From: Octopus bimaculoides
Taxonomy: Eukaryota
Length of the DNA stretch: 38,761 nt
Assembly (NCBI RefSeq): GCF_001194135.2
Contig: NC_068988.1
Span: 77,947,254-77,986,014, forward strand
Direction of reading: 5' to 3'
How positions within the stretch are numbered: position 1 is the first letter of the stretch; each line of letters begins with the position of its first letter. The translations under genes were made by a program, and so were the position numbers. Under the pieces are notes generated by a model. The model saw nothing but the letters and a program-made list of their open reading frames with translations, had not been told where the DNA came from and did no database searches. Shown here in pieces: positions 11,881 to 22,944 of the stretch.

Positions 11881-12989
11881 CTAGCAAATGCACCCATCCT
11901 TTAGATGGTTTAAGTTGCTTTGGTGGTATTTTTTTCACCAATTAATTGAACTACCAAGAAGGTTTATGAGTAGTTTTGCAATCTATGTTTGCAATTAACC
12001 TAGGAACAGAAAATCAGATTGAAGGCTGGTTATTGTGGAGGTCGTTGCACTTTAATGATCATAGAACATATAAGTTTGCAAGCGATGCAAAGTAGAGCTA
12101 CTGAAATGTTTTAAGTGTAGATTATAGATAATGACTACAAAATATAGTTATTTTACATGAAAGCAAAATTTCTTGTCAGAAACAGCCACATAAATGGTGT
12201 AAGGAAATTGAAGGAAAACATTGAAACTTCCATCTTGAGTTTATTTTATTCAACAGCAAAGGGAACTATTTTTTTTGGAGAGATAAGTTAACAAAAGCCC
12301 CTTTATTCTGTCTTCCCACATGGCCTGCATATAAACTATAACACATAAAGTTAAATTGGTATGGAGCTTTCTGAAAGACATGTATAGCTTTCACTAGTGG
12401 AAGCAAAACTCTTATTTTAAGGGTGATTGTTTGGGATGAATCATATGTTATTGTTTAAAAAAGGCTAGAATGACAATGCTAAAATGTATTTCAAACAATG
12501 GACAACAGTCGGAATAACATAATAGATAGGTAAATAAGCATCCTTAAAGTGAAACAATGCATTCGTAGGTAAACAAAGGTATCAACAAATAAAAGAAGGA
12601 GAAGAGAACATAACCTTTCAGGTAACTCAGAATAGAAAAAGGTAAGCTTGCCAAAGTTTTATGCAGTTAAAATATGGAGATAGATTTTTTTTTATTTGTA
12701 TCTCCATATTTTAACTGCATAAAACTTGGGCAAGCTTACCTTTTTCTATTCTGAGTTACCTGAAAGGTTATGTTCTCTTCTCCTTCTTTTATTTGTTGAT
12801 ACCTTTGTTTACCTACGAATGCATTGTTTCACTTTAAGGATGCTGGAGCTCTGGGCAAAGTGTTATAGTGCATGACCATCCTTGAGCCATGAGTGATGTG
12901 TGTGTAAAGTTTGGTGAAAATAGGTTGAGAATTGTGGAAATGTATGCATTAGTCATTATACAGACATACTGTGATTTATATATACTAGA
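11881..12989 (-). mobile_element. Non-autonomous Helitron (~1.1 kb) with canonical termini
   Basis: Minus-strand 5' end A|TCTAGTATATATAAAT at 12989. 3' end has hairpin CCATC/GATGG (11894-11908), a 9-nt spacer and CTAG|T (11881-11884), consistent with an A|T insertion site. Confidence 0.65.
12537..12844. repeat. Near-perfect inverted repeat: 146-bp arms, 16-nt spacer
   Basis: 12537-12682 is the reverse complement of 12699-12844; one mismatch seen by eye (GCCAAAG vs GCCCAAG). Confidence 0.95.
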
Positions 12990-13407
12990 TACGCACACAC
13001 ACATATATATGTATATATATATGTATATATATATGTGTATATATATATATGCGTATATATATATATGCGTATATATANNNNNNNNNNNNNNNNNNNNNNN
13101 NNNNNNNNNNNNNNNNNNNNNNNNNNNNNNNNNNNNNNNNNNNNNNNNNNNNNNNNNNNNNNNNNNNNNNNNNNNNNNNNNNNNNNNNNNNNNNNNNNNN
13201 NNNNNNNNNNNNNNNNNNNNNNNNNNNNNNNNNNNNNNNNNNNNNNNNNNNNNNNNNNNNNNNNNNNNNNNNNNNNNNNNNNNNNNNNNNNNNNNNNNNN
13301 NNNNNNNNNNNNNNNNNNNNNNNNNNNNNNNNNNNNNNNNNNNNNNNNNNNNNNNNNNNNNNNNNNNNNNNNNNNNNNNNNNNNNNNNNNNNNNNNNNNN
13401 NNNNNNN

Positions 13408-13540
13408 TATATATATACATATATGTATACATATATGTATATATATATACATACATATATGTATACATATATGTATATATATATACATACATATATGTAT
13501 ACATATATGTATGTATATATACATACATATATATATATAT
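13408..13540. repeat. Higher-order (TA/TACA) microsatellite array
   Basis: Repeating ~36-bp unit built from TATG/TACA motifs, adjacent to a gap. Confidence 0.8.
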
Positions 13541-13589
13541 TTGTTCATATGGTGATATCTCCACAATGTGTTGATGAGATAAACATGTA

Positions 13590-14066
13590 ATCGCTACCAA
13601 TATAGCAAGAGATTTCTCCACAAAGGTCTAAAGTAGACTCCTTATGGAGGTTAACCCCAGAAGATTGAAGTTTGAAGGCTCTAATGCGAGAGTTAGAAAT
13701 GTAGTTTATCAATGTAAGTTAAGGACTCAGACAGATGTTAGCTGATACCTAGGGTGTTCTTCGGGACAAATCTGTAAAAGATTGTCTAATCATTATAGTA
13801 CCTTTATAGAGAGAAGTAAAATAGTAAGTACAAGTCTTAGTAAATTCATTTGGGAACTGAAAGAACAAAAAAAAAAACAATATTCATTAGAATGGTCAAT
13901 CATTGGGAGATCTTTCCCGTATCACAAAAGTAAGAGATATTGCTCGCTGTGTAATCTTGAATTATGTTTTATATTATTCTCTAAGGGTAAGTTGATAAAT
14001 AAACTAACACATAATGCTCTCAGATGTAACCATTACCCAAAACACACGTTTCTCTGGTTTAAATGA
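13590..14066 (+). pseudogene. Penelope-like element C-terminal GIY-YIG endonuclease (one in-frame stop)
   Basis: Single frame: ATNIARDF...NVVYQCKLRTQTDVS*YLGCSSGQICKRLSNHYSTF...TSLSKFIWELK...YSLEWSII...YCSLCNLE...RCNH. This gives the VVY...YLG motif, the conserved Arg and the PLE-type C..C and CxH tail; stop at 13743-13745. Confidence 0.85.
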
Positions 14067-14563
14067 GTTAAAAATTTCAGTATGATCGGGCATTATAGTA
14101 TATTTTAGTATAATATTAGGTTTTAAGGCAGGCCATATCAATGTATAATTTACCAATAGCAATTGTATTTATATTTGTGATTATTTGCTAAAGTTTCTAG
14201 TTTTGATGCTAATATCCATTATTATTGAAGTTTATAGATTTATGTCAATATCTATCTATCTATATATAATCAAATTAAAAGATAGGGTAAAAATCAGATA
14301 TTAATTAATATCGATTTATTACCAGGAAGCTAGCACATTGAAAGAATCCGAGAGATTCAAAAAAAATATCTGAGATCTTAGGGGATTAAAGTATATTTTT
14401 TTATATATAATGATGACCAGTAAAGTGGACATTTAATGTGCTAGAAATAGACCACATGTTGTGTCTACTAAGACCTAATAGTTCTCAAAAGAAATTCAGC
14501 AAAATACCAAAACGTAAGCGAGCAAGACATTGAAAATTACGTACATAAAATTAAAACATTGTT

Positions 14564-14630
14564 ATTCGCGGACCAGGTTTCAGAGTTAAAAATCTCTTAC
14601 CGAGAAAATCTGCCCCTCTTCAGCGCAAAC
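14564..14630 (-). ncRNA. Type I hammerhead ribozyme motif (GUC site)
   Basis: Minus strand: GTTTGCG-CTGAAGA-GGGG...CTCT-GAAA-CCTG-GTC-CGCGAAT. Stem I 7 bp (5 WC + 2 GU); near-palindromic stem III ACCTGGT. Confidence 0.8.
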
Positions 14631-15069
14631 CATTTTGGTATTTCGCTGAATTTCTTTTGAGAACTACTAGGTCTTAGTAGACACAACATGTGGTCTATTT
14701 CTAGCACATTAAATGTCCACTTTACTGGTCAACATTATATATATAAACATATACTTTAATCCCCTAAGATCTCAGATATTTTTTCTGAATCTCTCGGATT
14801 CTTTCAATGTGCTAGCTTCTTGGTAATAAATCGATATTAATTAATATCTGATTTTTACCCTATGTTTTAATTTGGTTAACCATAACCAAGTTCTCAAATT
14901 GGATGTATGCTACACAGTGACCATTTTCTGTAGACATATTTCTGGAATTAGCACGCCAAAACGAAGACATTTGATTTTTACCAGTACGTTGTAATTAGCA
15001 GAACCATATACACGTTCGCCTCTAGGGGTGAACAACTTGTATAAGATTCTGAGAATTATAACTCCTGTG

Positions 15070-15135
15070 GTCCGCCCTGAAGAGGGGCAGATCTTCTCGG
15101 TAAGAGATTTTTAATTCCGAAACCTGGTCTGCGAA
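15070..15135 (+). ncRNA. Type I hammerhead motif, paralog of 14564-14630 with weakened stem I
   Basis: CTGAAGA 15077-15083, GAAAC 15119-15123, GTC 15127-15129; stem I has two mismatches. Confidence 0.65.
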
Positions 15136-15355
15136 TAACAATGTTTTAATTTTATGTATGTAATTTTCAATGTCTTGCTCGCTTACATTTTGGTATTTCG
15201 CTGAATTTCTTTTGAGAACTACTAGGTCTTAGTAGACACAACACGTGGTCTATTTCTAGCACATTAAATGTCCACTTTACTGGTCANNNNNNNNNNNNNN
15301 NNNNNNNNNNNNNNNNNNNNNNNNNNNNNNNNNNNNNNNNNNNNNNNNNNNNNNN

Positions 15356-15740
15356 GGTGGCTGTGTGGTAAGTAGCTTGCTTACCAACTGCATGGTTCCA
15401 GGCTCAGTCCCATTTCTTGGCACCTCGCGCAAGTGTCATCTACTATACCCTCAGGCGGACCAAAGCCTTTTGAGTGGATTTGGTAGACGAAACTGAAAGA
15501 AGTCCATCGTATATATATATATATATTGTTTGTGTGTCTGTGTTTGTCCCCCTACTATCGCTTGACAACCGATGTTGGTGTGTTTATGTCCCCTGTAGCT
15601 TAGTCGTTCGGCAAAAGAGACTGACAGAATAAGTACTAGACTTACAAAGAATAAGTCCTGGAGTCAATTTGTTTGACTAAAAGTGGTGCTCCAACATGGC
15701 CACAGTCAAACGACTGAAACAAATAAAGGAATAAAAGAAT
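15356..15740 (+). mobile_element. SINE family 1, near full length
   Basis: Homologous to the copies at 1346 and 30809; starts at the gap edge. Confidence 0.9.
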
Positions 15741-15769
15741 ATATACATATATTTATATATACATCAAGT

Positions 15770-15914
15770 GGCTTCTTTCAGTTTCCATCTACCAAATCCA
15801 CTGACAAGGCTTTGGAGGCTATAGTAGAACACTAGTTCAAAGTGCCATGCAGTGGGACTGAGCCCTGAACCAAGTGGTTGGGAAGCAAGCTTCTTACTAC
15901 ACAGCTACTCCTGC
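15770..15914 (-). mobile_element. SINE family 1, 5' module only
   Basis: Reverse complement matches the tRNA head through ACTGAAAGAAGCC and stops at the internal microsatellite position. Confidence 0.8.
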
Positions 15915-15977
15915 ACATATGTGTGTGGGGGTAGGCAGAGAGAGAGAGAGGGAAAGAGAGAGAGTGAAGGAGTGCAA

Positions 15978-16090
15978 GTATGGCTATGTGGTTAAGAAGT
16001 TTGCTTCCAAACTGCATAGGTTCAGGTCCAATTTCACTAAAAGACTTGTGGGTGGATTTGCAAGATCAAAACTGATTAAAAGCCCAACAT
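15978..16090 (+). mobile_element. Degenerate SINE head related to family 1
   Basis: TGGCTATGTGGTTAAGAAGTTTGCTTCC...GGTTCAGGTCC...GTGGATTTG. Confidence 0.45.
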
Positions 16091-16299
16091 ATGTGTGTGT
16101 GTGTGACTGGATGCATATGAATGTATGTATGTATGTATGTACGTATGTATGTGTGTGCATCTGTACTATTGTTTACATATGATACTCACTTGTTTAAAAG
16201 CCCCAATGTTCAAGTAGTGTTCTTTTGGCATTTCTCTTGTCACCCACTCACTTTGTGCCTTTGAATCTGGATAGAATGGGAGATCTCTCACTTGAAAAA

Positions 16300-16620
16300 C
16301 AATTAAGTTTTAGCATCAGGAAGGACATCTTTCTTGTGAAAGAATACTTTGTTAACATATTTGCAGTATGTGTTTTCTTTTTTGAAAATCCTTGTCACTT
16401 ATGCATTTACTCACATAACCAAGCACAGCAGTTACTATTGGCATAAATGTGAACTTATAATTTGGATATAGAAGCTGGAGGTTTTCAAGTTGTTGTCTAT
16501 GGTTATTCTCTTTCTCTTTGATTTTTTCAAGAGATATTCACATCAGCAGGGCAGCTGCTCTCTATGATGATACATATATTTTTGTCTATCCTCGGCAATG
16601 ATATCTGGCCTGCTATATTC
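16300..16620 (-). mobile_element. R4/Dong-clade 3' fragment, restriction-like endonuclease C-terminus
   Basis: RIDKNICIIIESSCPADVNI...KIKEKENNH...LQLLYPNYKFTFMPIIV..LGYV resembles the C-terminal RLE domain of R4-clade elements. Confidence 0.7.
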
Positions 16621-16639
16621 CTAATGATATATGAATGCA

Positions 16640-16870
16640 TGTATGTATATATGTATGTATGAATGTATGTATGTATGTATGTATGTATGTGTGTGTATGT
16701 ATGTATGTATGTAAGTAGTATGTATGTATGCATGCATGTATGTATGTATATGTGCAGATTTATATACTGTAAGTTCTTATTTCTTTGTCTTTAAGGTTAT
16801 CCTTTTGACAGATCTTGTATGTGTGTATGTCTGTCTGTCTGTCTGTATGTATGTATATATGTTTGTATGT
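16640..16870. repeat. (TATG)n microsatellite tract
   Basis: Direct reading. Confidence 0.9.
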
Positions 16871-17299
16871 ATATTATGTATGTATTTATTTATTTCAATT
16901 TGTGAAGCTTCAAACTTTTGTTACAGTGATGTAAGAAAATTTTTCATATTGTACTTATATGCAAAAAGAAATTAAAAATGAAATTAGAATTTTAATTAAG
17001 AGAGAAAGAACACAAATGATTGTGCCATATCTCTCATTCTTTCTACTTTAAACATTTAGGAAACCACAAGTATTTGGTTCAATTCATTTGGATAATTTTC
17101 TCTGCTAAACCTCATTCATAATTCCCTCCCCCACAGCATCATGTTTCTCCTCATAACCCCCATGTTTTTTTTCAATCTTTTTCTTTTTGTCTCAGCTTCA
17201 TCATCCTATCACTTAATTTCCTATAAATCATATCATTTTCTTCTGTTTTTTTTCTTGTCTTTTTCTCCAACTATGATTTACTTCTCTAAGAAAACCCAA

Positions 17300-17560
17300 T
17301 AGTATTCAGTGTTCTCAAATCTCTTTGTTCCCCTTCCCTTCTCTCTCACTCCTTTTCTTTATCCATTTCTCTGTTTCTGTCTTTTCTCCTCTCTCTCTCT
17401 ATTTCTGTTTCTTTTTCTATTCTTTTCTGTCTATCTCTCTCTCTCTCTCCCTGTATATCTGTCTCTTCCCCCCCCTCTCTCGTCTTTCCAACTAACTAGC
17501 TATCAACTTTCATAACTCTCTCTCCCTCTCTTTCTCTATCTCTCTAAATATCCCTCTCCA
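17300..17560. repeat. CT-rich low-complexity tract
   Basis: Direct reading. Confidence 0.85.
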
Positions 17561-18346
17561 TATCTTCATGCATAAATACATAAGTCTAAAGATTTTTAAA
17601 CTCAAATACAAAGTAATTTAATAAATTATTTTTATCGTTTTAGTATTTTGTAAAAACTAAATTGTATTTTATGATTCTTCAACAAAATAAATGTGACCTA
17701 TTTAAAATATTTTATTTTTTTTTAATATTTAATATTTTCTTAATTTGATCCACTTTTGCTTCTTTGTTAATTACCATTTCTCATAGAATCTATAATAAAA
17801 TAATAAAATCATGTGAATTCATAAATTCTTAACCTGAAGTAATATTGAAGGACAAGAATAGGATCATTCCACCATTTTGAATTATGATTCTATACATTGC
17901 TAACCTAATAGCTTATCGTATATTTCTTGCCTTTTTCTTACTATTCCTTCCCATTCTTTTGTGCCTGCTTTCTTTCTGTCTTCTGTTTGGATTCCTGGTT
18001 ACAACAAGAAATAGTACAGTGAAATACGCTGCTAGTGTACTACTGTTACCAAATGTAACAATATGGAACGTTTCATGTATGGTCTCCAACTATTATTGTT
18101 GTTATGATTGTTGAAGTTGTTATATTCTTTTTTTTTTCATAATGGCTGCGGTTGTTGTTAATATTAGCTGGTTTGAGATAAATATATTCAAACATATTTG
18201 TGACACAAATGGTGTTAATCACAGATTTAGAATAAGAAAAGATTGAAGACAATGTGTAAGAATGTGAAGCAGTGTGTAAACATTTGAGGAGTTGTTTAAG
18301 GAGATTTAACAAGTTTCAGAAGCTTGAGTTCCAACAGTGTCAAATC

Positions 18347-18485
18347 TCTCATGAGTTTTAAGAAGATGACTCACTGTTTTGAGAATGTCTTCCATTGGTC
18401 CAAGAAGATATTTTACTGCTTTAAGAAATCAATTCATTTGTTCCAGAAGATAGCCCACGGCTTTGAAAAGTCCCTTCATTTGTCA
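18347..18485. repeat. Degenerate 42-bp (2x21) tandem repeat, about three units
   Basis: Minus-strand units CAAATGAAGGGACTTTTCAAAGCCGTGGGCTATCTTCTGGAA / CAAATGAATTGATTTCTTAAAGCAGTAAAATATCTTCTTGGA / CCAATGGAAGACATTCTCAAAACAGTGAGTCATCTTCTTAAA. Confidence 0.75.
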
Positions 18486-20105
18486 GAAAATAAAGATGAA
18501 GATGAAATTAATCTTTAAGAAGACAGTATTAAATTAAATGTGAAAAGGTTTAAAGACTTAGACATAATGATGCTGTGGTGATCAGGCTAAACAGAAGGAG
18601 AAGGATGAGGAGATCAGGGTAAAGAGGATGAAGATGAAGAAATGAAGGTACAGAGGATGTGGAAGGCTAGATAAGGCTAAAGAAGAAGTAGACTACTTGA
18701 TTTAGGTAAAGAACAATCAATTAATTAGTGTGGCTAATATGTTTTAGTCCCAAGGGAATGTTGCCTGAATAAACCTATCAACTCCATTCTAGCCATGACT
18801 AACTTGTCTTTTCAGTGGTTTCTAAGATTACATTATTACATAGTGCGTCCTTTTTTTCTAAGAGTGTAAAGTGTATTGGAGGGGGGACTTAACTACTATT
18901 TCTTGCAAGTCACATAGTCGTGCAAAAGCTCAAGAAAATAATTGCTGTTGTTATTGTTCTGATAAAATGTGTTCTAACTGTGAACACCCCCAGCCTTCAC
19001 AAACATACTCTAAGATTATATTTTACAATGTGTCCTTCCCTTTTTAAGATGTTAATATGTAATTTGAGGGAAATTTGGCTGTTGATTGGGTTTTTTTGCA
19101 GGCCTAACAACTATGTAGAGGCTCACTTGTTAGTGTAAATGGAAATAATTGTTTTTGTATGGCTTTAGATCATGCCTGACTGAGTAAAGAATTGATTGCA
19201 TCCTGTATATAGCCACCCTACCAATTTTCAGGCATAATGTATGCAGGACATACACTAAGGTTTACTACACAAACAAGTCTTATAGCGTACATTGATTAAA
19301 GACCATGCATGGTCATCATGATCTTTCCATATTGAAATAAAAGGGGAACTTCTTAACTTTTTGCTTGACCTATAATGAATCTAATATGTAAAATATTTGT
19401 TTGTAAGCCACTTCAAGTTCAAAAATCAGTCAATGGAAAACAACTGGACGTGTGAATGAGATGATAGTCCATCAGAGATAAACTTCCCTGAAATCCTTCT
19501 GCCTATTCCTAACAGCTATATAGATTACAGCACTTGCGCTGCAGTATTAAATGCATGCAAATACTTCCTACTATTTCATATTGTGTTGTGTGTTTGCTAC
19601 ATCATCTACACAATTAAAATCTTCCCTACACAGGGACATCAATATATCGGTGTTAAAATATACCAGAAATCTGATATTCATTCCTCAGACTGTTAAGTGA
19701 AATAAAGCATGCTAAAATAATAATGTTCTTCCTGGGAGATTCAACAGAATGCTTGTGACAGTGAAATATTTGAAGATTCATGAGTTGGTTGTCCAAAATT
19801 ATATGGAAATAGTTTTTGGAGATCACACAAAAGCACTTAACAGTCGATATATTAAACAGTAGAAATATTAATGAGAAACGGGCAGAAGATTTATAAATAC
19901 TTAATGAGAATAACTTTACAAAAATGTAATTAATTTTCATTACATATTATATAGATTTTTAGTCTTGGTTTTAGTTTTCTTCAAAGATTATGTAGTTGAA
20001 AATCTCTTTTATTTTTAAACAAATTACTATCCTCAAAACATTAAATATACAAACATATGCACAAATAAAATCAAACTTCAGTAATATATATATGTTTGAG
20101 TATGA

Positions 20106-20149
<44 letters not shown>

Positions 20150-20261
20150 GCATGTGTTTATGTGTGAATGAGTGGTGTCTCACTGTGTTTGCAGATTTAT
20201 TTGAGATATACGTTCCAAAAATGGTTTGCAGTGTAAGACATTTTTTAATCTGCTTTCAACA

Positions 20262-20293
<32 letters not shown>

Positions 20294-20367
20294 AGAGTGA
20301 GAAAGACAGAGAGGAAGAGTAAAATACAGAGACAGACAGAGAGATTGAAACATGTATNNNNNNNNNN

Positions 20368-20404
<37 letters not shown>

Positions 20405-20425
<21 letters not shown>

Positions 20426-20740
20426 ACTGAGAATGTGTGTGTGTGTGTGTGTGTCTGTATGTGTGCATCACTAGATCTCAAGAACTACCCAACCAATTTC
20501 ATTCAAGTCTTACACATACACTACTGAGGGTCCATGGAGTGTCATGGACCCAAAAAATTTTGAACTTCTTGCCTAATGCAAGCTCAGAGCAATCTCTTAG
20601 ACTGTTTTGGTATTACATGTCAAAAGTGAAACAATAGTTTCAGTTTTAATAGTTTCACTATAAATACTTTCACTATATATATAATATATACATAGTGAAA
20701 CTATTAAATGTGAAACTATTAAATGTGAAACTATTATCTC
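20405..20740 (+). mobile_element. Helitron-like non-autonomous element, 5' region
   Basis: TATATATAACTGAGAATG(TG)n...AGAACTACCCAACCAATTTCATTCAA resembles the 5' region of Helitron-derived non-autonomous elements; contains 15-bp GTGAAACTATTAAAT x3 with an inverted copy at ~20646-20662. No 3' terminus seen. Confidence 0.4.
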
Positions 20741-21149
20741 ACATCTCTGTCTCTCTCTGTTTCAATAACCACTTACTTCACCAACACTTCCCCCTTCTCT
20801 ACCACCCCACCCTATATAAACTAGCGCACGCACTCAGATTCCCCTAATCCATTTTAATAACTCTGCTGAAAGAATACGAATCCAGTAGATGCTCTTGTCT
20901 AATTTTGCTATTTCGCAGTATGCTTGCCCTCCTACCCCCACCGCCTGCACTGTTAACCGCTATCCTCTCTGTCATCCTTTGGTTGTCTCCCATGAACACT
21001 TCTACAGGCTTAATGCCATCCCCACCCCTACTTAGGGTTTATCTCCTATGTAAGGTAGTGATCATATAGCACATAAAAATGATGGTGTAGTGTATGCAGG
21101 TTGAAGGCTATTGTTTGTTTATGAATTCAGGTACATGATGCTGCTATCC

Positions 21150-22944
21150 CCCATCCCAGGGTCTCATGAGCCTACACCTCCTACACCCTCAGAGTTGGCA
21201 CACTGAAAGATAGGTTTGGTGAGATTGTTGAGATGCTTGAATGGAGATGTGTAGATTTGTGCCACCTCCAAGAAGTAAGGTGTAGAGGAGGTTCTGCTAG
21301 GTTCCTCACAGCCAAAGAATACAGGAAACACTGATGGGGTCGGGGGCGTGGGTATACTTCTTGCACAGAAATGGGTTGATAAGGTAATCGAGGTAGTTAG
21401 AGTATGCGATAGAATACCTAAGATTAGATTAGTGTTACATTAAGTTAACAACCATTATCTTGGCCTATGCCCCTCAGCCAGAACAGAAAGGGACAGAAAG
21501 ACCAATTTTATGACACCCTCTTGCAGACTACTTCGTCAACAAATGACAGGGTCCTTCTTTTGTGTCTGGTGACTTCAATGGACATGTTGGACAACATGCA
21601 GGGGGCTTCCATGGCATACATGGAGGCTATGGTTTTGGTTCCCACAATGAGGAGGGAACCAAGCTTCTGAAGTTCTGCGATGCATATGATCTTATGGTTT
21701 ACAATGCTAACTTCAGGAAACCTGCCAGTCACCTAGTCACCTACCGATCTGGTAGACACACTAACCAAATTGACTACATCCTTGTCAGAAAATGGGAAAG
21801 ATGGCTGCTTATAAATGCCAAAACATTCCCAAGCAAAGAACGTACCCCACAACATAGACTAGTAGTTAGCGACTTCAGGATCAGAGCTAAATGGATGGCC
21901 AGAAGACAACCAGTATGGAGAAGGGTCTGGACACTTAAAGATCCTGTGAATGGACAGAGATTTAGAGGCATATTACTTGAAGCCTTCGATGAAATAGAAG
22001 GGGATATAGCATCACATCATGTGGAAACAACTGGAGGTTTCTATGGGACAACCTGCTGAGGGCCAGTGACCAGATTTGTGGATGGTGAAAAGTCCCCTCT
22101 CGACCCAAGGTAACATGGTGGTGGAATAATGTTGTTGATAGGGCTATTAGAGACAAAAAACAGACTTGGAAGGACTGAAAGAATGGTGGTAGCAGGGAAT
22201 TGTATCACACTGTCAGAAGGGAAGCTAGGAGACAGGTTTATTTAGCCTGAGGGGAAGCAGATGAGAAAAAATTTGCCAATGTTCTACCCCATGAGGACCA
22301 AAAACTTGAGGTATTTCATGTTGCAAGACAGTGTGTGAGAGAGAATAGTGGTGTCGTTGGAGAGAAATGTGTCCGCATGGATGATGGTTCACTTGCATTA
22401 AATGAGGCTGCAAAGAGAGAGGTTTGGAGACACCACTATGAAAGGTTGCTGAATAAAGAGAATGAATGGGAGAAAGAAAGTCTGCCGAATGCCAACCCAA
22501 CAGAGGGACCAGCTATCTGAATTGATAGTATCTTGGCAGATAAAGCAATTAAGGGTATGAAGATAGGAAGAGCCCCTGGCCTATCAGGAATCACTGCAGT
22601 GATGCTTAAAATAATCTGGGGTGTTGGCTATAGCCTAGTCACCTGTATAGTTAACCAGGTGATAAAGGAAGGAGTTGTACCCAACGACTGGTGTAGAAGT
22701 ACCATAGTCAACTGCTACAAAGATAAAGGTGATGCTTTAAATAGAAATAATTACAGAGGTGTCGAGTTTTTGTATCAGGTAATGAAGGTCACGGAGAGTG
22801 TCATAGTCCAACTAATTAGGGAGTGAGTCAGTTTAGGTGAGATGCAGTTTGGGTTCGTGCCAGGGAAAAGCACCACTGATGCTATATTTCTGGTAAGATA
22901 GCTGCAGGAGAAATACCTAGCCAAAGATAAACCTCTGTACCTGG
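21150..22944 (+). mobile_element. RTE-clade LINE, APE endonuclease plus start of RT, truncated at 3'
   Basis: LRVGTL, VDLCHLQEVR, GDFNGHVG, HGGYGFGSHNEEG, QIDYIL, QHRLVVSDF, APGLSGIT, W..STIVNCYKDKGDALNRNNYRG, QFGFVPGKSTTDAIFLVR.LQEKY...KPLYL. Ends just before the expected FxDLEKAFD motif; many stops and frameshifts. Confidence 0.9.

Larger units (their letters stand above)
14271..15286. repeat. Inverted plus tandem repeat array (PLE pseudo-LTR or retrozyme-like)
   Basis: Segment A (14271-14630) is the inverse of both B (14631-14874) and C (~15067-15286). B and C are direct copies with a 555-bp period (101 nt overlap, one mismatch). C runs into a gap. Confidence 0.9.

Noticed and set aside
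16501-16640. Strong-looking plus-strand splice acceptor followed by an open frame (IFTSAGQLLSMMIHIF...)
   Set aside because: The opposite strand matches the R4 RLE motif (IIESSCPADVNI), which explains the sequence; the frame ends in microsatellite.
17900-18090. Minus-strand stop-free stretch with a hydrophobic segment and basic tail (STLAAYFTVLFLVV-TRNPNRRQK)
   Set aside because: No convincing acceptor or donor sites and no recognisable family; composition could arise from the CT-rich flank.
20813-20840. TATATAAA followed by a TCAGA Inr-like word
   Set aside because: Spacing is short (~23 nt), TATA words are common in this AT-rich DNA, and the region is probably the RTE 5' portion.
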